This document shows positions 18,698 to 30,775 of a stretch of 64,000 bases of DNA, piece after piece (positions within the stretch are counted from its first letter, which is position 1; each line of letters starts with the position of its first letter). Made by a program: the position numbers and the translations under genes. The notes below the pieces were generated by a model, which was given only the letters and a program-made list of their open reading frames with translations, made no database searches and had not been told where the DNA came from. The DNA comes from an uncultured Candidatus Saccharibacteria bacterium (lineage in GTDB: Bacteria; Patescibacteriota; Saccharimonadia; Saccharimonadales; 2-12-FULL-41-12), in assembly GCA_964573095.1 (NCBI GenBank), contig CAZNIK010000001.1, positions 313,004 to 377,003 of the forward strand. Reading direction: 5' to 3'.

Positions 18698-19468
18698 TTA
18701 TTTGTTGTGTGTATTCGCAAGAAATTCAGTCACTATTTTTGCCGTCTCATTTAACTCATCAATATGCACAAAATGCCCTGCTTCTTCCAGTACGTGCAAC
18801 TGCGAGTTCGTGATAGCTTCTGTAAACAGCGCACCGTATAACTGTGGAGTCGCGTGGTCCTCATCGCCGTATATAAGTACTGTGGGAATTTTGATATTTC
18901 GCGCATGATCAAGCACATCTTCACTGACGATGTTTTTAAAAGTCTCTTTCATTCCTTCGACCACCAAGTAGTCTGATCCGATCCGACGATATAGCTTGTG
19001 CTTAAGCTGTTCGCGCGACTTCTCTGGGGCAAGGTGAAGAATAAATTTGCTAGATTTTGTCAGTGCTTTAAGCGCAGTGTTGCGAAAAGTATATGGTCTT
19101 CGAATTCCCGCCGAGGCAATAAGAACAAGTTTTTTGGGTTTTAAAATGCCACTGGCCACGCCTTTTATTGAAATTGCACCCCCGTTGGAGTGGCCAACCA
19201 GCGCAAATAGCGGAAGTTCTAATTTCTGCAAGAAGTGAGCCGTAAAAAGCGCAAAGTCTGCAAGCGTCCACGCGCTCTTTGGACCTTCGGTTTTCCCAAA
19301 TCCGGGTAAATCTAACGAAATAACACGGTAGTGAGAAGAAAGCTTTTTTGCCAGATCACTAAATGACGCGGCGCTGTCCGCCCAACCATGCAAAATGAGC
19401 ACAGTTGGCTTGTTGCTTTTCCCTGTGTCGAGGTAGTTTGTCGAAAGGCCGTCGACGATTACTTGCAT
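18698..19468 (-). CDS. Alpha/beta hydrolase
   Basis: HGW oxyanion region, GHSNGG nucleophile elbow and a C-terminal GH. Confidence 0.8.
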   Translation of the reverse strand: MQVIVDGLSTNYLDTGKSNKPTVLILHGWADSAASFSDLAKKLSSHYRVISLDLPGFGKTEGPKSAWTLADFALFTAHFLQKLELPLFALVGHSNGGAISIKGVASGILKPKKLVLIASAGIRRPYTFRNTALKALTKSSKFILHLAPEKSREQLKHKLYRRIGSDYLVVEGMKETFKNIVSEDVLDHARNIKIPTVLIYGDEDHATPQLYGALFTEAITNSQLHVLEEAGHFVHIDELNETAKIVTEFLANTHNK

Positions 19469-19516
19469 CTTGCCTTAATTATACCAAGGTTAGCCAATTA
19501 TTGACCGAAGAAACCT

Positions 19517-20461
19517 CTACTGAAACTGTTGGAGCCGACTTTGGAGCTCATCAATAGAAATCGATTCACTCGGAAAAGTAATCTGTCGCTTTAGCCCGTA
19601 GGCCCCATAGTTTTCAACACGCTGCGTATCGGTAAACTTGACACTTTTGACATGTCGACTGATCAAATCGACGGTCATGACAATGTTAATGTCGGGTGAA
19701 TCCTTATATTGTTTCGGGTCAAGCTGCTCTTTGTCACCCACGCCGGTTACTTCTGAATATTTCGAGAGGACTTTTAGTAAGGACTCTGGTTTGAGCGCAA
19801 TATTGTAGGAGATTTGCGGCCTTACCCCGTCGTAGCTAACCTTACTTTGTTGATAGTTGTACAGTTTTTGCTTGTTGACTTCTTGAATGATGACATCCCT
19901 TTGGGCTGCCGATAAATTCCCAAATGGCACAATAGAGAAGATGCTTTCGTTTAGAAATGTCGGCTTTGCACCAGTTTTTTTGTCTTGTACTCTCTTGCCC
20001 CACACATTGATCACTTTGCCAAAATCTTTGTTTCCGGCGCCTTCTGGTAGCTCAATCGAGGTGTACCGTACAAAATCTTGTGTGGCATTTCCAGTTGTCT
20101 CGTTTGTTACTTTCGTAACTTTACCGCTCTGTAAATTACCTTCTCGCAACTGCACTTCTGACTGCATTGCTAATTGCGGTACAAACGTATTGTAATAAAC
20201 CTGGTCAATGCTACTTTGTGGACCACTTTGAATAATGTTTCTCTGAACGCTGTTCACTTGAAGGCTTTTGTTAAGCATTGCGGCAAGGACTCTGTCCGGG
20301 TTGGTAAAGACGTTCTTGTAGTACACATACCCGCTGGTGGCGAACAAGATCACACCAACACAAAGCATGAGGGTCACAAGCTTTTTGTAACTTAAGTTGA
20401 CGCGCTGATATTCAATGAGTTTCTTTTTTGAAGAACTAGATTTTTTGGTTGGTTTTGCCAC
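19517..20461 (-). CDS. Hypothetical membrane-anchored protein
   Basis: Basic N-terminus, a single TM segment and a ~260-aa extracytoplasmic part. No family recognised. Confidence 0.55.
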   Translation of the reverse strand: MAKPTKKSSSSKKKLIEYQRVNLSYKKLVTLMLCVGVILFATSGYVYYKNVFTNPDRVLAAMLNKSLQVNSVQRNIIQSGPQSSIDQVYYNTFVPQLAMQSEVQLREGNLQSGKVTKVTNETTGNATQDFVRYTSIELPEGAGNKDFGKVINVWGKRVQDKKTGAKPTFLNESIFSIVPFGNLSAAQRDVIIQEVNKQKLYNYQQSKVSYDGVRPQISYNIALKPESLLKVLSKYSEVTGVGDKEQLDPKQYKDSPDINIVMTVDLISRHVKSVKFTDTQRVENYGAYGLKRQITFPSESISIDELQSRLQQFQ

Positions 20462-20582
20462 TTAGTGATTCCTTTACATTTGTCTTCGCGCAAGCCTGGG
20501 TTGCTCTGCCCTCCAAAACGCCGAACTGCTGGTTCTTTAGACGCATTTTATACTATCTGAGCTCGTTAGGCGAGAAAATCCG

Positions 20583-20659
20583 TGGTGGAGCATATCGGAT
20601 TCGAACCGATGACCTCTTCCATGCCATGGAAGCGCGCTAGCCAACTGCGCCAATGCCCC
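20583..20659 (-). tRNA. tRNA-Ala (GGC), CCA encoded
   Basis: Folded by hand into a cloverleaf. The acceptor stem has the G3:U70 Ala identity pair; anticodon loop ATGGCAT. Confidence 0.9.
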
Positions 20660-20758
20660 TTCGATGTAAAAATTGGGGCGCTTTTTTATAACGTCCCCCA
20701 TTCGCTTACTTCTTAGATTGTATCACAGACGATTATTGTTTACAGATGAAGCACGCAC

Positions 20759-23724
<2,966 letters not shown>

Positions 23725-24627
23725 GATCTTCTATCGGGGGATGGGTGCTAAAAAGCCCGCTAAACGAGCCAGATTTGAGTGGGTTTGCAAAAAATAAATG
23801 AGCGGTCGAACTATTCGCTCTCGCGGTAGCGCTTCCCTGCTGTTGAATTTTTTCGAGAGCACTGGCGAGACCTTCGGGGTAGCGCGTTGCCAACGCGCCG
23901 GTTGCATCGGCCAAATACTCTCGTTTACGAGAAATCGCAAGCTGGATCATCGTCGCTACTATTGGAGCAAGGACGATGGCTGCAATGCCAAGAATCGCCG
24001 TCAGCTGACTGCCTTCTCGGTCACGACCCCAAGACATCCACCAGATTATGTCAGTAATAACACCGACAATTGCGACCAAAGCAAAGGCGATCATCGAAAC
24101 TCGAATGTCAAAGTTCTTCACATGTCCCAGTTCATGCGCCATCACGCCCTCTAACTCTTTATCGTCCAAGGCATCAAGCAGACCGCGAGTTGCGCAGACC
24201 GCTGCGTTTTGTGGATTTCTCCCTGTCGCGAAGGCATTCAATGCCGGGTCTTCCATGATGTACACCTTGGGCATCGGTAGCCCCTCGGTGATTGCCAGGT
24301 TTTCAACGATTCTCCACAAACGAGGATCGTCGCGCTTTTCTATTTGTTTCGCGCCATTTACCGCCAGCGACATTTTTGTGCCGCTATAGTAGACAATTAG
24401 TCCATATATTAGTCCGCCAATAAGCACGTAAGGGGTGATAAAAGGAGAGTCAAGATACATACCAACAAGCCAACCGAGCCCGGAAATCAGAACAATGAAT
24501 ACTAGGAATATAAAAACGGTTTTTCTTTTGTTTGCTGCAATACTCGAATACATAGTCTTAAAAACTCACTTCTAAAGTTTGTGTTCTTGGGATCACTGTC
24601 AAGTCTAACCAGAAATTTTTGGATTGG

Positions 24628-25191
24628 CTAAAACTTGACTTCTGTTGGCTTGGACACCGCTTCGGCTTCGCCCTCTTCGACCTCAAAGAACTCTCTTTCG
24701 CTAAACCCAAGCGTGCCTGCAAACAAAATATTTGGAAACGTTTTGATCTTGATATTTAGATCCCGCGCCGAACCGTTATAAAATCGTCTGGCGGCCTGGA
24801 TTTTATCCTCTGTGTCTACAAGTTCCTCTTGCAAGTGCTTAAAATTCTCGTCTGCCTTTAGATCTGGGTAGTCTTCTGCGACCGCAAACAGACTCTTCAG
24901 TGTTTCGGAAAACATATTCTCGGCTTTGGCTTGATCTTTTGGTCCTTGCGCGCTCATGGCATTGCTACGAGCTTCGGTTACATTTTCAAACACTGTTTTT
25001 TCGTGAGAGGCGTACCCCTTCACCGTATTTACAAGATTTGGAATTAGGTCATAGCGCCGCTTGAGCTGAACTGTGATGTCGCTCCACGCCTCGTCAACCC
25101 GTACTTTGCTTTTTACTAAACTGTTGTAGATGTAGATTCCGAAAACAACTACTAGAACTACAACCCCCAACAAGATATACAATCCTATCAT
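24628..25191 (-). CDS. lemA: LemA family protein
   Basis: N-terminal TM segment and the LemA pattern (RRYDLIPNLV, RRFYN). Confidence 0.9.
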   Translation of the reverse strand: MIGLYILLGVVVLVVVFGIYIYNSLVKSKVRVDEAWSDITVQLKRRYDLIPNLVNTVKGYASHEKTVFENVTEARSNAMSAQGPKDQAKAENMFSETLKSLFAVAEDYPDLKADENFKHLQEELVDTEDKIQAARRFYNGSARDLNIKIKTFPNILFAGTLGFSEREFFEVEEGEAEAVSKPTEVKF

Positions 25192-25265
25192 CTAGTTTCT
25201 CCCCCTTTACAATAACAATTCTAGTATAGCACCTGTGTCGTTGGTTTTCATCGAATTATTGCCAG

Positions 25266-25351
25266 TGGTGGGCGAGGTGGGATTCGAACCCACAACCGTT
25301 TTAGCGGCAAGGATTTTAAGTCCTCTGTGTAAACCATTCCACCACTCGCCC
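25266..25351 (-). tRNA. tRNA-Leu (TAA), long variable arm, CCA encoded
   Basis: Hand-folded. Acceptor GGGCGAG/CTCGCCC; anticodon loop CTTAAAA. Confidence 0.88.
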
Positions 25352-25356
25352 TGGTT

Positions 25357-25430
25357 TGGAGGCACCTACCGGGATCGAACCGGTGTTTAGGGTTTTGCAG
25401 ACCCTCGCGTAACCACTCCGCCAAGGTGCC
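25357..25430 (-). tRNA. tRNA-Cys (GCA), CCA encoded
   Basis: Hand-folded. Acceptor GGCACCT/AGGTGCC; anticodon loop CTGCAAA. It lies 5 nt upstream of tRNA-Leu. Confidence 0.88.
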
Positions 25431-25470
25431 AAAATACATAGGCTATTGTATCTTTTATCGACGGTTTCAC

Positions 25471-25494
25471 AAAAAGCACAGAATTAAGCTGTGC
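25471..25494 (-). terminator. Rho-independent terminator after the csoR operon
   Basis: On the minus strand: GCACAG-N7-CTGTGC followed by TTTTT. Confidence 0.55.
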
Positions 25495-25548
25495 CGTGCT
25501 GAGGGAGGAAAGATTGCTTGTTACAAATAAAGGTCAAGCTATACGGCT

Positions 25549-26019
25549 CTACGTTTCATGGTGGTATTCGTGTGCAATAGCATGTCCTTTGCCACGAGCG
25601 ATCAAATACCTATTTAGCGGAAATGCTACCAAGAACGCAACTATTAAAGAAAAGGCTAGGCTGCCCCAAAACAAAAATGTCGTGAGGCCTGCATATATAG
25701 CTCCCGGTATGACAACCAAAACTGCGTTGTCCGTAATCTCCATAACGGTAATCGAAGCGGTGTCTGCAGCAAAAGCAATTGTTAAGGACTTTTTCCAGCC
25801 CAAGCCGTGCCTTATGAGTGGCATAAGGCTCAGTAAATAGCCAAAAAAGAAGGCAAGCAAAACTGATAACGCAATGCTAGGAAAAGTGGCCCAGCCTAGC
25901 GCCGATGATATGACCATTCCCAAAACCTCACCAATCGCACATCCACTCAAGCAGTGTAGTGTCGCGCTAGCCGCAGTTCTATTTAACGATCCATGATTTG
26001 CTGGATGATCATCGTGCAT
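25549..26019 (-). CDS. DUF4396-type membrane protein
   Basis: LHCLSGCAIGEVLGM motif and 4 TM segments. Confidence 0.65.
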   Translation of the reverse strand: MHDDHPANHGSLNRTAASATLHCLSGCAIGEVLGMVISSALGWATFPSIALSVLLAFFFGYLLSLMPLIRHGLGWKKSLTIAFAADTASITVMEITDNAVLVVIPGAIYAGLTTFLFWGSLAFSLIVAFLVAFPLNRYLIARGKGHAIAHEYHHET

Positions 26020-26020
26020 G

Positions 26021-26458
26021 TTAGCGGCTGCCGTGCATCATATTCATCATTTCATCAGATGAGTAAGACCAGTCTTTTTGCCATTGCTTCATGTTTGCAA
26101 TTTCTTTTTCTTGGGCAACAATAATGTCCTTGCTAAGTTGTTTTATTTCTTGGTGCTTTGCTCGAGCAGCTGAAAGTCTGGCCATATCAATCGCCCCTTG
26201 GTGGTGGTCAATCATCATCTCTATAAAGGCCTTGTCATAATCATCACCTTTTAAGCCTTCGAGCTGCCTGCTCATCTCAGCCATAGACATTGTGCGATGG
26301 TCACTAGCGGTGCGCCGCTCGGTCCTAGTAGTATCCATGCCCATCATCCGCATCATGCCTGTGTTGTTATTGTTCACAGACTGTCCAGCCACAAAACCAG
26401 CTATCACAACTCCCGCCAGTAGGCCTATTATTGCAAACATTGCATTGTCTTTATTCAT
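26021..26458 (-). CDS. DUF305 domain protein (secreted or anchored)
   Basis: DKAFIEMMIDHHQGAIDMA...IIVAQEKEI pattern. Confidence 0.8.
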   Translation of the reverse strand: MNKDNAMFAIIGLLAGVVIAGFVAGQSVNNNNTGMMRMMGMDTTRTERRTASDHRTMSMAEMSRQLEGLKGDDYDKAFIEMMIDHHQGAIDMARLSAARAKHQEIKQLSKDIIVAQEKEIANMKQWQKDWSYSSDEMMNMMHGSR

Positions 26459-26467
26459 AAATACCTC

Positions 26468-26752
26468 CTATTTACTTCTCACGTTTGATAGCTCGTATAG
26501 GCCCAGCAGCTCCGCAACCGCCTGTTCTTGGGCTTTTTCTGAACTGGAACTAAGTTTTTCCTTGATATGTGTACGAACATGGTTCTCGAGTATTAGTTTG
26601 TTGAGCGAGCCGATAGATTTTTGAATAGCCAGGCTCTGCGTCAGTATATCCATACAGTAATCTTCGTTCTCAATCATTTTCTGGATGCCACGCATCTGAC
26701 CCTCGAGTATCTTAGAACGATGCAAGGCGCGTTTTTTTAGATCAGAAATCAT
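26468..26752 (-). CDS. csoR: CsoR/RcnR-family metal-sensing repressor
   Basis: 94 aa with the LxRIEGQxRGIxxMI-like helix (ILEGQMRGIQKMIENEDYCMDIL) and the conserved Cys/His positions. Confidence 0.85.
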   Translation of the reverse strand: MISDLKKRALHRSKILEGQMRGIQKMIENEDYCMDILTQSLAIQKSIGSLNKLILENHVRTHIKEKLSSSSEKAQEQAVAELLGLYELSNVRSK

Positions 26753-26762
26753 ATTAAAATAA

Positions 26763-26781
26763 TAATACCCCCTGGGGGTAT
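26763..26781. promoter_or_regulatory. CsoR-type operator AATACCCCC-T-GGGGGTATT
   Basis: Perfect 9+9 inverted repeat 11 nt upstream of the csoR start. It matches the GC-tract palindrome style of known CsoR boxes. Confidence 0.7.
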
Positions 26782-26784
26782 TGT

Positions 26785-26812
26785 CAATATAAAAATATTA
26801 CCTCATTTTGCA
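26785..26812 (-). promoter_or_regulatory. Candidate csoR promoter (TTGCAA-16 nt-TATATT)
   Basis: Hexamers read on the minus strand. The operator begins 4 nt after the -10 element. Confidence 0.4.
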
Positions 26813-26830
26813 AAAGTTACCTCAGTTTTC

Positions 26831-26951
26831 TATTGGTGCGATACGTGGATGAAAAGTTACACATTATTAGAGAAGAAATTGAATATTGGCGTAACGTTCT
26901 AGCTATTCCATATCAAGAGTTTAAGCAAGATGCCACTAAATTACGGAGATA
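26831..26951 (+). repeat. Junction repeat copy D (most diverged; right arm only)
   Basis: ATTGGTGCGATACGTGG versus AATGGTGCCAGATAGCGG. Downstream patches (ACACATT, GAGTTTAA) align with copies A and C. The match is weak. Confidence 0.3.
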
Positions 26952-27051
26952 AGGGACTTACACTTTCTAATGCGTCAATCTTATTTTAGAGATATGTTGA
27001 TAAAAGATGTTACTTTATAGGTGGTAATTAGTTATTTATACCGAGAGAGTT

Positions 27052-29103
27052 ATGAAGATAAACTGGATAGAAATCGATAATGTAAAAAGCTTTAAGTCTA
27101 AAGTTAAAGTACAACTAAATTCTGATCACAATTTTGTTGTGGGCACAAACGGTAGTGGCAAGACTACCTTGCTGCAAGTGTTGAGCAGCTGTCTGCTTGT
27201 CTTGGTACCGCTTAGACGCACAAAGTCAGAATCTCGTGGTAACGAAAAGTGGCTTACATTTGAGACGCCTCCACACAATGTAATATTACCTAGAAACTTT
27301 GAGCGACAAGGAGATAATCAAACTATACGACTTGAAATATCGTTTGAGTCATCAAAAGACGGACTCATAAGTGAGCTTGAAAAATATCAAGCAGCATTTA
27401 GTGATAACAAAGAGTATCTGCGTAGCAAATTTTTAGATTTAGAGGGACTTTTATCAGAATTCGACAGTTATCTTGCTGCTTTAAAGGGATATAGCAGCTA
27501 TGTGTATACTTTTGATTTTTATGTTGACAGCAATTCTGGAATCGTCAGTCTTACTGGTGAGTCGCGCCAAAACAATAAAGGTATTCTAGATATTTTGGAT
27601 AACCTTGAGATCTTCCGACAAATTTATGATCATTTATTTAAGGCCGGAAAGGCGACAGAGGTCGTTACTCGAGGTTTCCAAATAATTTATTTGAATGCTG
27701 ATAGACTTATTGGTTTTCCAGCAGAGGTGCCTCAAGTTAGAGGAAATTTAGATGAATACTTTATAAACTCGTCATATGGGCAAAGAGCTAATCTTACAGG
27801 CAATATTTATTCCAATAGTAGCTTTAATTATATAGACCAAACGCTAACATCCATCGCAGAGGAACACTTCCATAGGAAATGGGACTTGCAGGATGCTGAA
27901 CCACTTGAAAATATAAAACAGTATACGGACTTGAAAGCTCGAATAAAGGATATTTTAGGCCTTGATTTTGGACTTGAAATATCACCACTAATTAACGAGC
28001 CTATCAAGCCTTATTTCCTTTGTGATGGTAACAAGATTTATTTTGATCAATTTAGTAGTGGCGAAAAGAGCTTAATCTACCTTTTGTTTACTCTTGCCAA
28101 TTCAGATATACAAAACTCATTTATCCTCATTGACGAAGCCGAAATACACCTGCACGGTAATATGCAGGACAAGTTATTATCAATTTTATATGAATTTAAA
28201 GAACTGAATAATCAACATTTTATAACCACGCACTCCCCGAAATTGATAAATAAACTAACCATATCCTCTGTCTTGCGATTCTATAAAACTGAAGGATCTA
28301 CTCAACATATAAACTTTAGGAATGACACGAATCAGCGTACAGATTACGATATTATTCGACTAATAAATAGCCAAAACAACGAAAAAATATTTTTTGCGGA
28401 TAAGGTCGTACTTGTCGAGGGCATTAAGGATCGAATTCTAATCGAAGCGATCATAAATCAGGTTAATGATACGAAAGAAATCATAGAAGTAATTGATGTA
28501 GGTGGCAAATTAAACTTGAGCTTTTATAGAGACTACCTTGAAGAGATCAAGGTATCTAACTACACACTTTCCGACTTCGATTACCTATACGATATCTGTA
28601 AAAAAGAGCTTGGCTCACTATTTGTCACAAGTAACAGTAAAATTGATGCCATTATTAAGCACAAAAAATCAGAGGACAGAAAAACACTGATAGATGCTAT
28701 GGAAGGCTTTGTATCGAGCAATGATAAAACCACTTTAAATAAAGTCACTGACTACCTTAAAACCAGGGGAATAGTCTTGAAAGATAATCTTAAGAAAGAA
28801 GAAAAAGTGTTATTAACAAACACCATTGATAAATTGAGAAGTAACAATATCTATATAATCTCCGCAGGGTTACTGTCAGATAAATCTAAATATTCTGGAG
28901 AGATTGAAGACTATTTACAGTATATTCAAACAAGCAAAAATCGAGACGATTCTATATCCAATCTCGTCAAATACATATCGAAAGATAACTTTGTAAACGC
29001 AATGGTAAAAAAATTAGAAACTAACGTTGCCGAGGAATTACTTGGGTTTATTGCTGCGGTTGTCTACAACGATGTAAGTAGAGGCTCGGACCTTATTAGG
29101 TAG
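27052..29103 (+). CDS. OLD-family ATP-dependent endonuclease (ABC-type ATPase plus Toprim)
   Basis: Walker A GTNGSGKTT, signature/Walker B FSSGEKSLIYLL...FILIDEAEIHLH, and C-terminal Toprim motifs VVLVEGIKD and DFD. Strongly AT-rich. Confidence 0.8.
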   Translation: MKINWIEIDNVKSFKSKVKVQLNSDHNFVVGTNGSGKTTLLQVLSSCLLVLVPLRRTKSESRGNEKWLTFETPPHNVILPRNFERQGDNQTIRLEISFESSKDGLISELEKYQAAFSDNKEYLRSKFLDLEGLLSEFDSYLAALKGYSSYVYTFDFYVDSNSGIVSLTGESRQNNKGILDILDNLEIFRQIYDHLFKAGKATEVVTRGFQIIYLNADRLIGFPAEVPQVRGNLDEYFINSSYGQRANLTGNIYSNSSFNYIDQTLTSIAEEHFHRKWDLQDAEPLENIKQYTDLKARIKDILGLDFGLEISPLINEPIKPYFLCDGNKIYFDQFSSGEKSLIYLLFTLANSDIQNSFILIDEAEIHLHGNMQDKLLSILYEFKELNNQHFITTHSPKLINKLTISSVLRFYKTEGSTQHINFRNDTNQRTDYDIIRLINSQNNEKIFFADKVVLVEGIKDRILIEAIINQVNDTKEIIEVIDVGGKLNLSFYRDYLEEIKVSNYTLSDFDYLYDICKKELGSLFVTSNSKIDAIIKHKKSEDRKTLIDAMEGFVSSNDKTTLNKVTDYLKTRGIVLKDNLKKEEKVLLTNTIDKLRSNNIYIISAGLLSDKSKYSGEIEDYLQYIQTSKNRDDSISNLVKYISKDNFVNAMVKKLETNVAEELLGFIAAVVYNDVSRGSDLIR

Positions 29104-29287
29104 CTGTAAAGGACAGTTCCGCCTTAGAAGAGAACTTTCTTTTCTCTATAAAGGCTTGGCCAGCATTCTGTCTAATTCTAAACTTAGTGCCGTGATTATG
29201 TCCTGTACGTGCATCAAAATCTACTAATGCGGTGTAAAAACATAGTTTTTCCGGCTGGTTTTTACATAGACGCACATAACAAAGTTT

Positions 29288-29476
29288 ACACGCCCGAAAT
29301 TAGTGTCTTTTACAGATTGGCTGCAAAGAAAAAGGACGCCGAAGCGTCCGAAATTTCCCAAATGGTGCCAGATAGCGGACTTATTGCTAACTATAAATCA
29401 CAGTAACGTTGACAGCTACAAGCTAAGGGGACTAGTTCAGCAGTTCAACCTTGCTGGCGATTTGATAGCACCTTGA
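29288..29476 (+). repeat. Junction repeat copy C (left arm + core + right arm)
   Basis: Contains the exact 20-mer AATGGTGCCAGATAGCGGAC (29361-29380). The left arm is homologous to copies A and B, with a 24-nt hairpin insertion. Confidence 0.7.
29303..29476 (+). CDS. Small conserved ORF (57 aa from GTG), paralogue C
   Basis: ...WCQIADLLLTINHSNVDSYKLRGLVQQFNLAGDLIAP. It aligns without gaps to the ORF at 30817-30960, with many synonymous differences. The start codon is uncertain and there is no clear SD. Confidence 0.35.
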   Translation: MSFTDWLQRKRTPKRPKFPKWCQIADLLLTINHSNVDSYKLRGLVQQFNLAGDLIAP

Positions 29477-29553
29477 TATAGATTCAAGTAGAATAGATGT
29501 ATAGGTGAGCTGGGAAGTCTGGTCGGCGCTTATTTTTTAATGCAAGGACTTCT

Positions 29554-30765
29554 GTGAAAGAAAAAGTAAAAAACCTAGCTCTCAAACTCCACCCGAAACG
29601 TGTAGCGACTTTATTTGATACATTTCTGAAAGATGAATCTATCGGCGGGAAGTTGATTCTTGTTGCTGCGTTGCTCTCTTTGATTGTCGTAAACTCGCCA
29701 CTTGCTGATGAGTTCAATACCTTTTGGCATACCCAGCTTTCAATCGGTATGGGTAGTTGGAGTTTGTCTCTTGATTTAAGACATTGGGTCAATGAGGGTC
29801 TTATGGCTTTCTTTTTCTTGGTAGTAGGTTTGGAAATTAAACGTGAACTTGTTAAAGGGGAGCTAAGAGATGTGAAGACTGCAGTCCTGCCGATAGGTGC
29901 TGCCGTCGGCGGAATGTTAATCCCCGCATTCATATATTTACTCTTTAACTTTAATACGGAAGCCGTCCAAGGCTGGGGCATACCTATTGCAACCGACATA
30001 GCGTTTGCCGTAGCAGTACTTTCGTTACTAAGCAACCGAGTGCCTGTACCTTTAAAGATATTCTTACTTACTCTTGCCATTGCTGATGACATAGGTGCTA
30101 TTTTTGTCATCGCCTTATTCTATGCAGAAATCATAAATTATTGGTATCTTGCTGCTTCGTTCCTGCTAGCTATTGGTATTTTCTTATTTAGGAAACAACT
30201 AACTTACCGCATTTTTATAGTGAGCTTACTTGGCGTTCTTCTATGGGTTACTACACATCTTTCAGGAATACACGCCAGCATTGTAGGTGCGGTTATGGGC
30301 TTCTTAGCACCAGTCGCAAGGTCTAATGACAAAGTGGGTGTTTCAGAAAAAGTTGAAAAACTGTTCCTGCCAATAACCACATTCTTTGTTTTACCAGTTT
30401 TTGCCTTCGCTAATGCGGGTTTCCCGATTAGTGCGAATGCATTAACGTCCAACCAATCCGTGTTATGGGGAGTTATCTTTGGGTTAGTAGCTGGCAAAGT
30501 TATTGGCATAACTCTGGCTTCTTGGTTGCTCGTCAAACTTAAGGTAGCGAAGTTGCCAAACGGCGTATTGTGGAAACATATTATAGGAATTGGCTTTATT
30601 GCAGGTATCGGCTTTACCGTTTCAATTTTTATAACTGAACTAGCTTTTTCAGATAGCCAATCGTTAATAAACACTGCGAAGATAGGTATATTTATTGCTT
30701 CGGCAGTTAGCGCATTGCTTGGCTACGCAATTTTGCGACTCACACGTTCTCGCCAAATTAATTAA
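29554..30765 (+). CDS. nhaA: Na+/H+ antiporter NhaA
   Basis: 403 aa, about 11-12 TM segments, NhaA signature GIPIATDIAFAVAVL. GTG start. Confidence 0.9.
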   Translation: MKEKVKNLALKLHPKRVATLFDTFLKDESIGGKLILVAALLSLIVVNSPLADEFNTFWHTQLSIGMGSWSLSLDLRHWVNEGLMAFFFLVVGLEIKRELVKGELRDVKTAVLPIGAAVGGMLIPAFIYLLFNFNTEAVQGWGIPIATDIAFAVAVLSLLSNRVPVPLKIFLLTLAIADDIGAIFVIALFYAEIINYWYLAASFLLAIGIFLFRKQLTYRIFIVSLLGVLLWVTTHLSGIHASIVGAVMGFLAPVARSNDKVGVSEKVEKLFLPITTFFVLPVFAFANAGFPISANALTSNQSVLWGVIFGLVAGKVIGITLASWLLVKLKVAKLPNGVLWKHIIGIGFIAGIGFTVSIFITELAFSDSQSLINTAKIGIFIASAVSALLGYAILRLTRSRQIN

Positions 30766-30775
30766 CATTATGTTT

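Noticed and set aside
25248-25439. 63-aa minus-strand ORF
   Set aside because: It is simply the translation of the tRNA-Cys and tRNA-Leu genes.
26844-26951. 35-aa ORF (VDEKLHIIREEIEYWRNVLAIPYQEFKQDATKLRR) in junction copy D as a third member of the small-ORF family
   Set aside because: It shares only short patches (..EF(K/N).. near the end) with the other two copies and needs a frame shift to align at its start. It is too diverged to call, so I kept it only as a weak repeat copy.
29363-29440. The repeated TGGTGCCAGATAGCGG... as functional or recently decayed tRNA genes (also at 30850-30925)
   Set aside because: Only the first ~6 nt match the adjacent tRNA-Gly terminus. The would-be T-stem strands (TTAGC/CCGCT and TTAGA/CCGCT) do not pair and no cloverleaf can be drawn. 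The plus-strand coding signature explains the conservation better.
29484-30674. Two long minus-strand ORFs (208 aa and 156 aa) antisense to nhaA
   Set aside because: They lie entirely inside the well-supported NhaA reading frame and have a low-complexity, odd composition. They are typical shadow ORFs.
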